From Azolla caroliniana (lineage: Eukaryota > Plantae > Polypodiophyta), in assembly GCA_043228905.1 (NCBI GenBank), contig JBHGNT010000009.1, positions 19,468,001 through 19,532,000 on the forward strand: a stretch of DNA of 64,000 nucleotides, written 5' to 3'. This document shows, in pieces, positions 12,545 through 24,669 of the stretch. Position 1 is the first letter of the stretch, and each line of letters starts with the position of its first letter. The notes under the pieces were generated by a model that was not told the DNA's origin, made no database searches, and was given only the letters and a program-made list of their open reading frames with translations. The translations under genes and the position numbers were made by a program.

Positions 12545-13454
12545 ATAATTATAACTAGGGCAATAGTGTTGAAGAAGATGTTGTTGTTATTGTTGTATAG
12601 AGTAGAGAGAGATAGAGAGAGAGATACAGAAAGTATTTTTTGTTGTAACCGCCGATTGGCGAAGGCATAGACCTCAAGGTTGTTGCCTCTGAGTCTCGCG
12701 TTGTAACCTTTTCTTCTCATAGTGATAGTTGGAGTCTGTGGTCTCCCGTGCTTTTTTCCATGTTAGGGGTTTTCCACGTAAATATCTAGTGTCGTCTCAT
12801 TCTGTGTAAGTGCATTAATCTTCATTCCTATTTTGCTTCTTCAATTGAGTGATTAAGACTCAGTTGTGGCTGAGAACTATTCACACAAATTGGTATGAGA
12901 GCATACAACAAATGGAAGAGTCATTCGGAAGTCAACGATGAGGGGCATGCTTGTGGTTAAAGACCTCTAGCTGCCAATACAATATGGGGACAAGATCGAT
13001 GCCACGACCTAGGAAGTAATGCACATGAAGACAACGGCCTACATTTGGTGCTTCATCGACATGAGCATGTACAACAACTTCAATGAAGAAAGTAAGGCCC
13101 ATGTGCTCTAGGAGAATATCAGTACCATGCTGAAGATCAAGAACGTTGTAGATCGGGTTTCGATATTCCGGAAGTTAGTGAGACTCCAATACCAAGACGG
13201 ATCCAACATGGCGGAGGTCATGAATGCATTCCAGGGGCTCATAAATCAGACAACCTCGTTGGAAGTACCACTAGCCGATGAGATACTCGCATTGCTGCTA
13301 CTCGGTTCCCTCCCAGATAGTTGGGAGACGCTAGTTGTCACTTTGGGCAATGCCGGGCCGGAAGGAAAACAATTGTCCCTAGCAAGGGTAAAATCAAGCT
13401 TGATGGATGAAGAAGGTCGTCGGAAGGACCGGGATTCCGGAACCGACCCGAAGG

Positions 13455-13876
13455 CCTTGGTTACAGAAGATGATCATAACCAGGGAAGTGGCCGAAATCA
13501 GAGTCCCCAGAACTGGGAAAAATCGGGAACGAGGTCGAATTCAAGGGGGAGACCCACTTGCTTTTATTGCGGAAAGCCAAGGCACTTTTAGAAGAATTGT
13601 TGACAGTTCCGGAAAACCAAAGGGGGAAACGACGGTCCCGAACCGAAGAAGATTTCAGAGAGAAGCCTTGGTTACAGAAGATGACCATAACCGGGGAGGA
13701 GGCCAAAATCGGAGTCCCCAGAACTGGGAAAAATCGGGAATGAGGTCGAAGTCAAGGGGGAGGCCCACTTGCTTTTATTGCAGAAAGCCGGGGCACTTCT
13801 AGAAGAATTGCCGACAGTTCCGGAAAACCAAAGGGGGAACTGACGGTCCCGAACCGAAGAAGATTTCGAAGAGAAG
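13455..13876 (+). repeat. 211-bp tandem duplication of the gag zinc-knuckle region of B
   Basis: Copies start CCTTGGTTACAGAAGATGA at 13455 and 13666; both encode RGRPTCFYC.KP.HF*. Confidence 0.9.
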
Positions 13877-14363
13877 AGGAACGTCAGCAATCATGACAAA
13901 CGAAGAAGAAATGTTGTTTATCACCGAGGAGAGTGAGCTGCATCTTGTCATCGACGAAACGATGTGGGTTGTCGACTTTGGAGCGTCGTTTCACCTGTCC
14001 CCCGATGAAGTGCTTCACATCCTATAGAGCCGGTGATCACGACTGTGTCCGGATTGGAAATGAAGGTGCTAGGCCAGAAAGAAAAACCGAACCTCTTTCC
14101 GGACAAGACCACCGATGAGATAGAATGCACCGCTTGAACTTGTGCATACTGATATATGCCAAGTGGACACGAAGTCACATGCCAGATCGCAATACTTCAT
14201 GACGTTCATAGATGACGACAACCTGAAGCTGTGAGTCACACCGCTAAAAATGAAGGATCAGGTACTATCCGTCTTCAAGGAGTTCCATGCGAGAGTGGAA
14301 AGAGAAACCGGTTGGAAACTGAAGGCAATTCGAGCGGACAATGGAGGAGAATACCGGGGGTAG

Positions 14364-14622
14364 TGTTGAATGTGGGTCTCTAATGGACGTATTCACACTG
14401 TCTCCCTTTGTACACACTAGGTTTAGGCTATTTATGTAAATAGTGAGAAGGGCAGTTGCCCTAAGTTAGTCAGTATATAAACTGACCTTGTAACCTAGTT
14501 TAAGGTTGGTTGAAAGTGGATGAAATATAATTTACCTTTTGCCCAATCGTTCTCTCTCTCTTGCGTTATTGATTGATTCAATCTCTAGTTTCCATCAATA
14601 TTCTTCATTGCTTCTATTAACA
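14364..14622 (+). mobile_element. Isolated LTR related to the G family
   Basis: TGTTGAAT..TTAACA ends. Shares TAATGGACGTATTCACACT with the G LTR and has a TATATAA box. It is followed by ATCT (possible start of a PBS) and then element C. Confidence 0.7.
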
Positions 14623-14626
14623 ATCT

Positions 14627-15011
14627 TGTTGAGAATCGAGCTCAACATAGTGCAACGTGTGAGCACACCTTTTGAGAATCTATGATTACTTAAAGGTCAA
14701 GAGTCACACCACTACTCTCTACACATTAACTATTTGTCATAGAATTATATTCTATGACACATAACTAATGAGTTACATATTCCCCATGACTAAGAGTCTT
14801 CACATTCCCCCAGAGAGAGAGAGTGGTTGTTGTAAGTCAATGAAGAGAGAGGGTGACTCTATATAAAGCACCCTCCTCATACTTTATACCAAGTTGGTTG
14901 TGACTCCTTGCAATACTACAATTTTGTATCTCCATTCTACTTGTGAAATATACAGCTTCGTCTTGAGTATTTTATTTCTCTTGCTTATCTATCTTGTGTT
15001 CTCCTCTCCTC

Positions 15012-15097
<86 letters not shown>

Positions 15098-15862
15098 ACA
15101 CATAACACACATATCTATTCCGCTGCACAAGAATCACCATCAATTCTTTACATGGTATCGGAGCAGTTTGGTACCTCAATTTAGCCCATCCGCGTGTGTT
15201 GTGTTCTACGCCGACGTTCGAGAAGAACCGGTTCATCGCTATCGTAGTACCACTACATAGCTCGTGTTCGAGAGAGAAGGAAAAGAAGAAAGGAAGCTTA
15301 ATCAACAATGAATACTCAAATGGGGAGCGCTCTCCCTAGCAAGAAGTTGGATCGAAACAACTTCGCATCTTGGGTGTACAAGATGCACCAATACCTTGTC
15401 GGCCAAGGCTATTGGGGTTACATCAAGGGAGAACAAGAAAAACGACCTGAACCGAAGGACGACTGACTATGCAACTTGGGAGCAAGTGGTAAACCGAGTG
15501 ATGTATTGCTTGGCGACATGTGTTCACGACCACCTGCTCGACTACATTTGAGAAGCCGAAACACCAAAGAAAGCGTGGGAGAATCTACGAAAGATTTTTG
15601 CCGCCAACACAACCGCGAGAAAGCTTCAACTCCACCAAGAGTTGAACAACATCCAACAACGGGATATGTCCATCACAAGTTACTCCTTGAAGATCAAGGT
15701 GCTTTGTGATGCACTCGGCTCGATAAGCGTCAATGTGGAGGATGACGAAATGGTGCAAATATGCCTCGGTGGCCTTGCACCACGGTTTGGCACGATGTGG
15801 ACCGTCGTACTAGCACGAGAGAATCCGCCCTCCATCTTCGATCTTCAATCCATGTTGTTGGG
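14627..15862 (+). mobile_element. Copia element C (LTR family X): 5' LTR, PBS and truncated gag
   Basis: LTR 14627-15152 with a (CT)n(CA)n tract; PBS TGGTATCGGAGC at 15153-15164. Gag is colinear with H 50573-51125 and stops abruptly near 15862. Confidence 0.88.
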
Positions 15863-15870
15863 GCTATCCA

Positions 15871-16505
15871 TGATACTAAAGATAGTGTACCTACAACTTT
15901 GAGGAAAGGCAACATAGGTACAACTTTGAGGAGAAGTGACGTAAGTTACTATAATTGGGAATGCAACATGAGACTCAAAACTTACCAGAACTATTACAAC
16001 CACAATTAGTGTAGGGAAATGGACAATAGATCTGTGAAAGATATTCTAAAGTATACAACACAGAAATGAAAAAACAACAAGATAGACAGAATACACAGTA
16101 CATAATGTTACATGGAAACCCTAAAACGGGAAAAAACCACGAGTAACAAATCTTCACTATAGACAGAAAATACAAGAGAGAAAAAGACAAGTTACAAATC
16201 TTTGTAACTTAGAGAAAAATACCACTTAGGGGTTCAGACTCTAATACCTTAGAACTTGCTCGCGCGCTCTTGCTTCTCCTCCTATCTCACTCTGTTACAC
16301 TCAACTACCGAAGTTGTATTGTGCATCACAACTATAATGTTTGCCATAGGTGTATTTATACTGATACACAATATGGGCTATTTACAACTATAGGTGTTAA
16401 TATTGTTATTATTATCTAATAATAATAATAAACTCCGTTAAACAACCGATTAATCAGCTCCTATGTCAATTATCTAGTCGACTCGACTAACCGACTCTCG
16501 TATTA
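15871..16505 (-). mobile_element. Probable solo LTR
   Basis: Ends TGATAC..GTATTA (decayed GTATCA). Contains the copia LTR-type motif GGAAACCCTAAAACGGGAAAAAACCACGAG. Flanked by the direct repeat GCTATCCA. Confidence 0.6.
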
Positions 16506-16519
16506 GCTATCCAATGTCA

Positions 16520-16586
16520 TGATATGGCAAGATTCGAACCCATGACCGTATGTTACTTGGGTCGAGCTCTTGACCATTAGACTATA
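16520..16586 (-). mobile_element. tRNA-derived SINE-like head (Pol III A and B boxes)
   Basis: Minus strand: A box TAGTCTAATGG (16584-16574) and B box GGTTCGAATC (16540-16531), at tRNA-like spacing. No convincing cloverleaf. Confidence 0.45.
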
Positions 16587-16662
16587 TATTGTAATACGAA
16601 TAATATTATTTTCATTTAAGTTTTACTATAGAAAATAGATGTATATATCCTAGATTTCTATG

Positions 16663-19522
16663 TGTTAAGAATTAGGTAAGTAATAATGCAAGGATTAATT
16701 AGTACCTAATTATGTGATTAGTTGATAAGCAGAAGATTAAGTGATATGTGTGTGTATGTGTAAGAGAGGAAGAGAGAGAGAGAGATACAACACAAGACGG
16801 GGGATGAGTAAGTATATTAAATTAGCATTATCATCATCAAATCCAAAAATACCATCAATGAGGTATATATAGATCTCATGTGCAAGGGTGCACATATGTG
16901 AGGAGAATATAGGTACAACCGTGTAGTTCCTATATTAAATGACCTTGGGAGTGGAGGATCTAGAATATCCTACTTAAGTACACAATCCTATTTAAGTTGT
17001 TATAGTCAACACTTCTAACTAGATTCTATCTAGGTAACTACAAAGTTACATAGTTGACTAACTAACTAAACTATGTTGAGCTTGATCTCTCAACACACCC
17101 CCTCAAGATCAAGTGTGAGGCGTCTGACATCCGCTTTGGCTTTCGTCAGCTTCGTGTGCTTCCGTCTGGCCTTCGGCTTTCTTCGCCGTGGCAATCTTGA
17201 TTCCTCCCCCTCAAGCCAGTGACGAAGGCTTGTAGCGTGTGGGTGAAGTTCAACTACTTCCACCCATCGTGGGTTACAAGCCGCTTCGGTGGAGCTCTTG
17301 GGCTCTTGTTCGGCCACTACCTTCATCACAAAGGCGTAATGATGGGCCATATACTCGTTGTAGCCGAGCCGAGTGACGGGATTCTTCTCTCTAGAAGAGC
17401 ATCGAAGTTTTTTTCTCGCCAATGTGAGCGTCTTCTTTACTCCGGGTGTACGCATGATGGGTACACCAAACTCACTATCTAGTGAGGGAGCCAATCCATC
17501 TGAATCATTGTTGTCGGGGTAGTCGACTTCATATTCGGGTATCTTACCTTTGCCTTTCTCCAAATTTGTACTTAGCCACGACGTGCTTGGGTCGCGTGGG
17601 GGCTCTTGTGGCCCACTAGGGTTTTCCGTAATCGGACTTTCTTCGAACATGTGTTTGAAGCGATCTCCATCTTCTACCTCTTGTTCGGCAGATTCCGGGT
17701 CGAGCAGAGTCAGAGTCGTAGTTGTCTCTAGTGCGTACCAGGATGCGGACTCGTCGAAGATTACGTCTCGACTTACCCGAACCGCTCGGGTAGAAGGGTT
17801 GTAGCACTTGTATGCTTTCTTCTCGGACGAGTATCCAATGAGGATACATTCCTCCGACTTCCGTCAGGCATTTGTCATTGTTTGTTTGGGATGCGTACAT
17901 TCACAATGCTTCCGAACACCTTGAGGTGCGACAGGATCAGCTTCCTTCCGACGAGGAGCTTGTATGGAGTTAGCTCATGCACTCCATTAATGGTGCATCG
18001 ATTCATGAGATAGACGGTCATGGATGCCGCTTCTGCCCAATAGAAATTCGGCATGTGCTTCTCATGCATCATGGCGCATGCTACCTCGAGTATATGCCAA
18101 TTTTTCCTTTCAGCAACTCCATTTTGTTGAGGTGTGTGTCGGCATGAGAATTCTCTCCGAATGCCTTCACTTTGGAGGTAGGAGGTGAATTCGTCGGAGA
18201 AGTAATCCTTGCCTCTATCCGATCGTAGACATCGAATGTGCCGACCGGTTTCTTTCTCGATTTGACCCTTGAGCTTTTGGAAGTGGGAGAGCAGTTCACT
18301 TTTCTTCTTCATCGGGTAGATCCACGCGTAGCGCGAGTAGTCATCGATGAAGGTTACATAGAATCGGCATCCGCCAATCGTCGGCATTTGAGCCAGTCCC
18401 CATACATCCGAGTGTATGATGTCGAGGACGCCTTCACTCACATGGCTCTCCTTTGGGAATGGCAGTCAATGTTGTTTGCCGAGTTGACACGCTTCGCATA
18501 CTCGGTTGACTCATTTCGACTCGAATGTCGGAAGTCCAATGATGACTCCCTTGTTTTGCATCGCTCGTACCCGTTGGAGGTTTATGTGGCCAATTCTCTT
18601 GTGCCACAACTCGATGCTTGTCTCGGTTTTGCGGATTTCACCTCGTTCAAACCAAGGATGAACATTCGGCCGTCTCTCCACCCCTTAGCTATGAGTCGGC
18701 CATCTTTCTCAATGAAACAACGTTCGTTGTTGAAGCGGACTTGCATGCCTTGCTCCACGATTTGGTCGACCGAGACCAAATTCTTCGTTATTGTGGGCAC
18801 ATGCAAGACATTCTTGATGCAAGTTTGCTCGCCTTCTTTCCCAAATGGGACATTGCCGATGTGTCGAATGGGGTGTGTGGTGTCGTCTCCCATCTCTATG
18901 AAGCCGGGTCGATCCGGCATTTGTAAATCACGAAACCACTCTTCCATGTGGTGTGAGGCACCAGAGTCGACGAACCACACGTCTTCCGAGTTGGAGGTGC
19001 TTGCGGAGTTGGAGGCCGACATAGAGTTTGTTCTATGCCTCATTACGAATAGTCCGCTGTAATCATCGTATTCAAAGTTGACGGCGTAATTTGTGTGTTG
19101 TCGACTTGTGGAAGCCGACTCGCTTCTTCTTTTTCGGCTTTCCTCCTCGCAGTGGCCGATTTTGCCACAATAGTTGCAAGTTGCGGGCCTCGTTTGCCGA
19201 CCATGTTTGGCGTGAAAGCTCCCCCTTATTCCAAAGTTCCTCGATGGCTTCCATGAAGGTTTGAGTTCCCTTCGTGTGATGGGTGGAATTTACCTCTTCT
19301 ACCACCGTGACCTCCTCGGCCACCGTCTGAATTCGAGAAGAACATTTGTCCTTTCGACGTCTTGCTTTTGGTTCAGACGTGGTTCTCTTCGACCAATAGC
19401 ATTGATTGGAGGTCGAAGAATGAAGGAGGGTTTTCTCTCACCAAGATTGCCATCCGTAATGGATCGAATCGTTGTGTGAGGCCGCCCAAGCATACTTGAA
19501 CCATCTCGTCTTCATCGATGTT
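16663..19522 (-). mobile_element. Copia element E (LTR family Y), lacking RT/RNaseH, 5'-truncated
   Basis: 3' LTR 16663-17095 and PPT at 17096-17104. Integrase IIHSDVWG..FIDDYSR..CLRSDRGKDY; protease WFVDSGASHH; gag end. The post-integrase linker runs straight into the 3' UTR. Confidence 0.9.
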
Positions 19523-19597
19523 TATAATGGAAGGTAGAGGTGATGAAGAGTGATAGAGAAAAGGAAATAGGAGAAAAGAAGAGAAAGGAATTCTACA

Positions 19598-20890
19598 ATT
19601 TATTTTTTATTTTATTTTTTTCCAAAAAAACACTAGTTCACATTAGTTAGCAAACGAAGTACATCAAAGTTCAACCATATTCATCAAAACTCACACTTCT
19701 CCACACAAAACTAAACATAATCCCCACCCCGTCATTTTCAACAAAAGTATCCCATCGACTCTTTTTATATGGTAACTTGTACCGCAATTATACATATTTA
19801 CATCTCCTATCCACTGGTGGAAGCCATTGGCGGAAACAGCCATCTCGGTGCTTGGTAGTTCCATTTAGGCCCTGACAATGATTTTACCATCATAGTAGAA
19901 CCACCCCATTTCAGCAGAAACTTTGACTGAGCCCTTTCTGCTTCATCTGAGTGCCCTTCATTTGAGTCGTATCGTCCACACAGCCAAGATACCAGCTCGA
20001 ACCAAATGTTTAGCAGCACCTCACTGGTTGGGAGCTTTCTTTGTTGAAAAACAAACATACATCGTTTGGTTCAGATGTGCCAAACCGATAAGCACGCCAC
20101 CAACATCCATATCTCCTCAAGAAAACCAGAGTTTGTCCCAGGATTCACTCCAACACATTGGAACACACTACCACCCTGCACTATAAATCCATGACCATGT
20201 GGGTTTAATTGTTCCGCCCAGCCTTCCCTTATTACCCTCACACAACTCTCCCATGCATGCCGCATACTGCAACTATCCTCAGACTTCTACCCCAAATGTT
20301 GATCGTCTCTGCACAATTCCAAAAACAGTGAGGTATTGATTCCAAAGAGTGTCCACATAACTTACAACCAGCCTCCCCACCTCGACACCTCAACCACTCC
20401 CCTACATGTAACATTTTATGGCTAAGAAGCCAGAACCAGACCTTTATTTTTTCTAGCATATCCAACGCCCATAGTCTCCTCTAAAACAACTTCAACAAGT
20501 CATCTGATATGCCATTATACCTCCAACTATTGCGAGTCTGAGCAACGCCCACTGATTTGGAGCCTATGATTTGCCTTCCTAGCTTAGTATTATACTTAAA
20601 AAACCCCTCCAATTTGTTTGTTCCCGGTTTCTGCCACCATACCTCTAATGGATCCCACTCCAAATCACATAGGGGCCTGTTGTCAAATAGCCATAGTTTA
20701 CAATCATTGTCTAGCTTCCTTGGGTCCGGGTTCACTTGCCACTTCTTAACTTCCAGCACTACCACCCACATTGGCAACCACCGACCATTGTCGGACAAAG
20801 CACTTAGGTTTCCCCACAAGCAATACTCATTAGTTGGGCACTTGCCACAGATAATTTGTCCATCACCGTCACCTACAAAACACCCAGACC
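19598..20890 (-). mobile_element. 3' remnant of an L1-type LINE
   Basis: zf-RVT-like WFWLLSHKMLHVGEW..CKLCGHSLESIPHCFWNC (ORF 20238-20465) and Trp-rich flanking ORFs. A-rich tail on the minus strand at 19598-19621. Confidence 0.75.
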
Positions 20891-21555
20891 AAACTACAAT
20901 TTTTTATTATGATGAGAATACAATTTATCACAAATACAAGCACACTCCAAAGAACTAATATCACCCCATTTCATAATACTCATCTTTCCTCTCCTTATTC
21001 CTACTACTAAGACTCTTCTTGTCTTACTTCTTTCCAAACTCAACCCTTCGTTTTTTTGAAGTCTTTCTATTGTATCCCCTATTTATAAGTTGCATTTTTT
21101 GTAGGCTACCCTTACTTTCTAATTAATATATTTGAGTCTATATGAGACGCTCAAGATTTTTACAAAACATCCTAAATATATCGAGCTTTTTATCCTCTTT
21201 TGTCATTGAGGTACTTTTTCCATCATTATTTCGTCTCTATAGCTCCAAATTTTACCTACAAGACTTATTGTTAGCATTTCCATGAATCTTTTCTTTCTCA
21301 ATTTGGAGTTGGGATGAAGAAGTTATGAGCATTTTCCTCTATGAGAATCTTCTTATCCACAACATGGGTTTTTTCTTTTGTTTTTGACTATTTGGAAAAT
21401 TGCCTTTATATCTTCTTCCATTGATTATGTTGATGCTTGAATCCTTCATATTAAACTTTATCCTTCAGTGTCCTAGTGTCCTAGTGTCCAACATATTTGC
21501 AACAATCTTTTCTTTAGAACAAAAATTGAAATGGGTTTGTTTAATGTAGTGTGGA

Positions 21556-22680
21556 CCCTAGGATCAATGGCGAATGGGGTTATAGGCTTGGCATCGGCCG
21601 ACAACACTTCCTCTTCTCTTCCTTTCCTCATTGTCTACAAATTCAGACCCACAATGGAGTTCCTCATACAAAGATCTTTGCATGATAGAACTTAATGAGT
21701 GCTATCATATGGAGTTCCCATGATTGGGGAACCTTCCCATGGACAAGTCCACACAATGCATTGGGTTCAATGGACAAGTCCTCATGTTCGCGTAAGTTAA
21801 GCCTAAGTGTTGGGCGCTTTCTGTTGGGAAACAAGTCCCTCCGGATGGGAAGGACAGAAGAATCGGTCGATGACTAACTTGACCAAGGCCGAAAAATCGA
21901 TTAATTAACAATCGATCAATAATCAACTCGGCTAATAGCCAAACTGATCGAATCCGAATGGGCTATATTTGTAAATAGCCTAGATGTGCCCAGTAAGGCT
22001 AGATTTGTAAATAGTCCTATATGTATATTGAGTATAAATATAGTTAGGGCAACAAGTTAAGTTAGAGGATCATCATTGATAAAAAGTTGTAGTTGGTTGT
22101 TTCCTTTGTAACTTAAGTGTGAGAAAGTGTATGAGAGAGTTGGAACCTTATAGCCGTTTGTTTAGAAGGAGAAGAACTCAAGGTTGTTGCCTTGCAGGTT
22201 CTTAGTGTATTCCTCTTATTGTTAGTGATTCGGTTTGGAGTCTATGGGCTCCCGTGGTTTTTCCATCTCAAGATTTCCACGTAAACATCCCGTGTCTCTG
22301 TGTTTTTCTCGTTTGTGTATTCATTTTCAGTTCTTTCATTTTACTTATGGTGATAATCGGTTGTGGTTGATCCCATATACAACACCTTGTTATGACCAAG
22401 TGTTGCCCAATGGGACGAATTTTTCGGAATCAGGAGATGTAGGTTCAACTCCCACCCTAGGCTTGGTGGTGAATGGGGTTGTGGGCTTGGGATGACCAAC
22501 AACACTTCAGGGAACCTTCACATGGCAAAGTGCACACAATGCCTTGGGTTCAATGGATAAGTCCACATGTTCGAGTAAGTTGAGTCTAAGGCTTGGGCAC
22601 TTTCCTATGACCAAGTGTTTCCCAATAGGATGACACTTTTTCGGAATCAAGAGATGCAAGTTCAACTCCCATCTCTAGGT
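21556..22680 (+). repeat. ~215-bp tandem repeat with a tRNA-like segment, interrupted by a solo LTR
   Basis: GGAACCTTC.CATGG..GGGTTCAATGGA.AAGTCC..GGGC.CTTTC occurs near 21728 and 22512. GACCAAGTG..TTCGGAATCA.GAGATG.A.GTTCAACTCCCA occurs at 22394 and 22609. Confidence 0.7.
21822..22384 (+). mobile_element. Solo LTR of the B/D group
   Basis: Begins TGTTGGGAAACAAGTCCCTCCGGATGGGA and ends CAACA. Contains TATAAATA and CTCCCGTGGTTTTTCC. The TSD is degenerate (CTTTC/CCTTG). Confidence 0.8.
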
Positions 22681-23585
22681 AAACTTTTAGGTAGCCTCGT
22701 TGCTTGTTTTTTATAATTTAGGATATTAGTCCATATTGGCTTATGATCGGGTTTTAACGAAATGAGTGACATGTGGATTTGTGATTCCCTTGAACTTGCA
22801 TAGAGAGTGAGGCACCGCTAGTTTCACGAGGACTTTATCACACACATTTCCCACATTAAACCATCTCTATCATGAGTGGTCCCTCATGACATCTACATGA
22901 AAACAATGACTACGTAGGTTCCAGGATATAAATATGTTCAAACCTATGGAACCAACTTGCCAACAGCTAAGGAGAAACTTCATGCTCTTTTTTCTTAGCA
23001 CTTCTTCTTTGAAAAACAAAGATATATGATATTACCTAGGATGATATAGGTAAACTTCATTGTGTAAATACAAAGTGATACAAAAAGTGTAGCTCTACAG
23101 GAATATAATGGATCGATGATATGATTTGAGATCTTATTACATGTTTTGGGAAACCCTTTTACATAGGGTAAGAGGAAATCAGATTTAAGGAGTGGTGGGG
23201 AGGATATCCTTGTGTTTCAACTAGGCAAGTCTACAATTTTCAGCATGTTGCCTCGGTCCTTGTAGGCCTTGTTACATCGTAGTTCGGTTTCTTGTCAAAG
23301 ACTGGATTACAATGAAGTCTCTTGCTCATTTTATAAATTTGTGAGATCCTTTGTCGGATAAAGTACAATTGAAAACACATCTGCTTGGTCATTGTAGGCC
23401 TCTTATCTTGCCATTGTGATTTGTTGTTCGATTTCTTGTCGAATCCTAGGTGTTTAAATCCCCAAATCAACGAGCTTGACAATGAGGTCCTCCTTTGCCA
23501 GAAAGTAATGGTGCCTCTTTTGGTTTGCACAAGTCATAATGTCTATATTACTTGCACACTCCATTATCCTCACTTATGTGTTAGA

Positions 23586-24419
23586 TGTTATGAAATTATG
23601 TCCCTCTATATGGGAGAAGAGCCGATTCGGCTTCTAGACGATTCGGCTAAGGGCTGACTATGTGTCGGCTAGGTAAAATGGAAGCCAGCTAAGGACTAAG
23701 AGTTGGCTAAGAACAAGCTATCCAGTAAAGGGTTGGCTAAGGGCCGAATGATGGTTGGGAGCCAGCTAAGGCTAAGCATCGATTTGGCTAGGAACAAATA
23801 TGTAAATACATACATACAATGTACATACACATACATTCATGATGTATGTATGTATGTATGTATGTATGTATGTATGTATGTATGTATGTATGTATGTATG
23901 TATGTATGTATGTATGCATGCATGTATGTATGCAAAAACCATAGTGGGTGTGTGGAGTATTATCTATGTGTGAGAACAGAAAAAGAGGAAGTGAGACATT
24001 GGGAGAAGCAAGTATTGTGTAGGTCAAGCCCATGTAATTGTCGACCCTCAAATCCAATCTCACCAAGATCAATAGCTCTACATAGACCAAGTTTTGGAGT
24101 TCCTCGCTTTGTTCTTTTCTTGTTCATTGTGTGAATCTGTCTGCTGAGAGGAAGGTTCGTTCAAGCTTGTGGCCTTGACAGAACGGTTATACCCTAGTAG
24201 ACTAGGTCTGAAGCTGAAAAACTTGTGTATACACTCGCTAATAGTGAATTTGTTGGAGTCTGTTGGCTCCCGTGGTTTTTCCCGATTAGGGCTTTCCATG
24301 TAAAATTTCTGTGTCAGCTCTTTTATGTTTTACTTGTTTGTAATGCTTGCTTGTCGGTTGCGCAACTTAGTATAGACCTATAAGTCGATTGTCTGATCCC
24401 CGTATTCCTTTCCGTTATA
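23586..24419 (+). mobile_element. Old solo LTR of the B/D group containing a (TATG)n microsatellite
   Basis: Begins TGTTATGAAATTATGTCCCTC; GGCTAAG repeats in U3; (TATG)n at ~23843-23931; CTCCCGTGGTTTTTCCCGATTAGGG motif. The right end is approximate. Confidence 0.65.
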
Positions 24420-24669
24420 TTTCTAAATGTTTCCCTCTTTATCACCTTTCATATGCTTCAAACCCTTAACCTTGTTGTTCCAAGGATTAGCTCTTATCAT
24501 TTCACCTATATTCTAATGTTTTCTTGATCTTTGTATTCTCTTTTAAATCACTTCTAATAAGCAGTTCGACCCAAATCTTGAGCTATTGTGAAACTTGGCA
24601 TTTTAGCTTCTTTCTCCTTTCACTCATGCCACATCACCACACCATCTCAACTCCTCTCAAGGATGGTTG

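Larger units (their letters stand above)
11866..14363 (+). mobile_element. Copia element B (Tnt1/Tork-like), decayed 5' portion
   Basis: LTR 11866-12887 begins TGTTGGGAAACAGGTCCCTCCGGATGGGA, related to the LTR of D. PBS TGGTATGAGAGC at 12891-12902. Gag LLLLGSLPDSWETLV with CFYCGKPRHF; protease WVVDFGASFH; integrase AIRADNGGEYRG. Confidence 0.85.

Noticed and set aside
14352-14363. PPT-like GGGGG before the LTR at 14364, which would make it B's 3' LTR
   Set aside because: The G run is integrase coding sequence (GGEYRG) and the LTR does not match B's 5' LTR.
22394-22462. Functional tRNA gene
   Set aside because: The acceptor and anticodon stems do not pair convincingly; treated as a tRNA-derived repeat.
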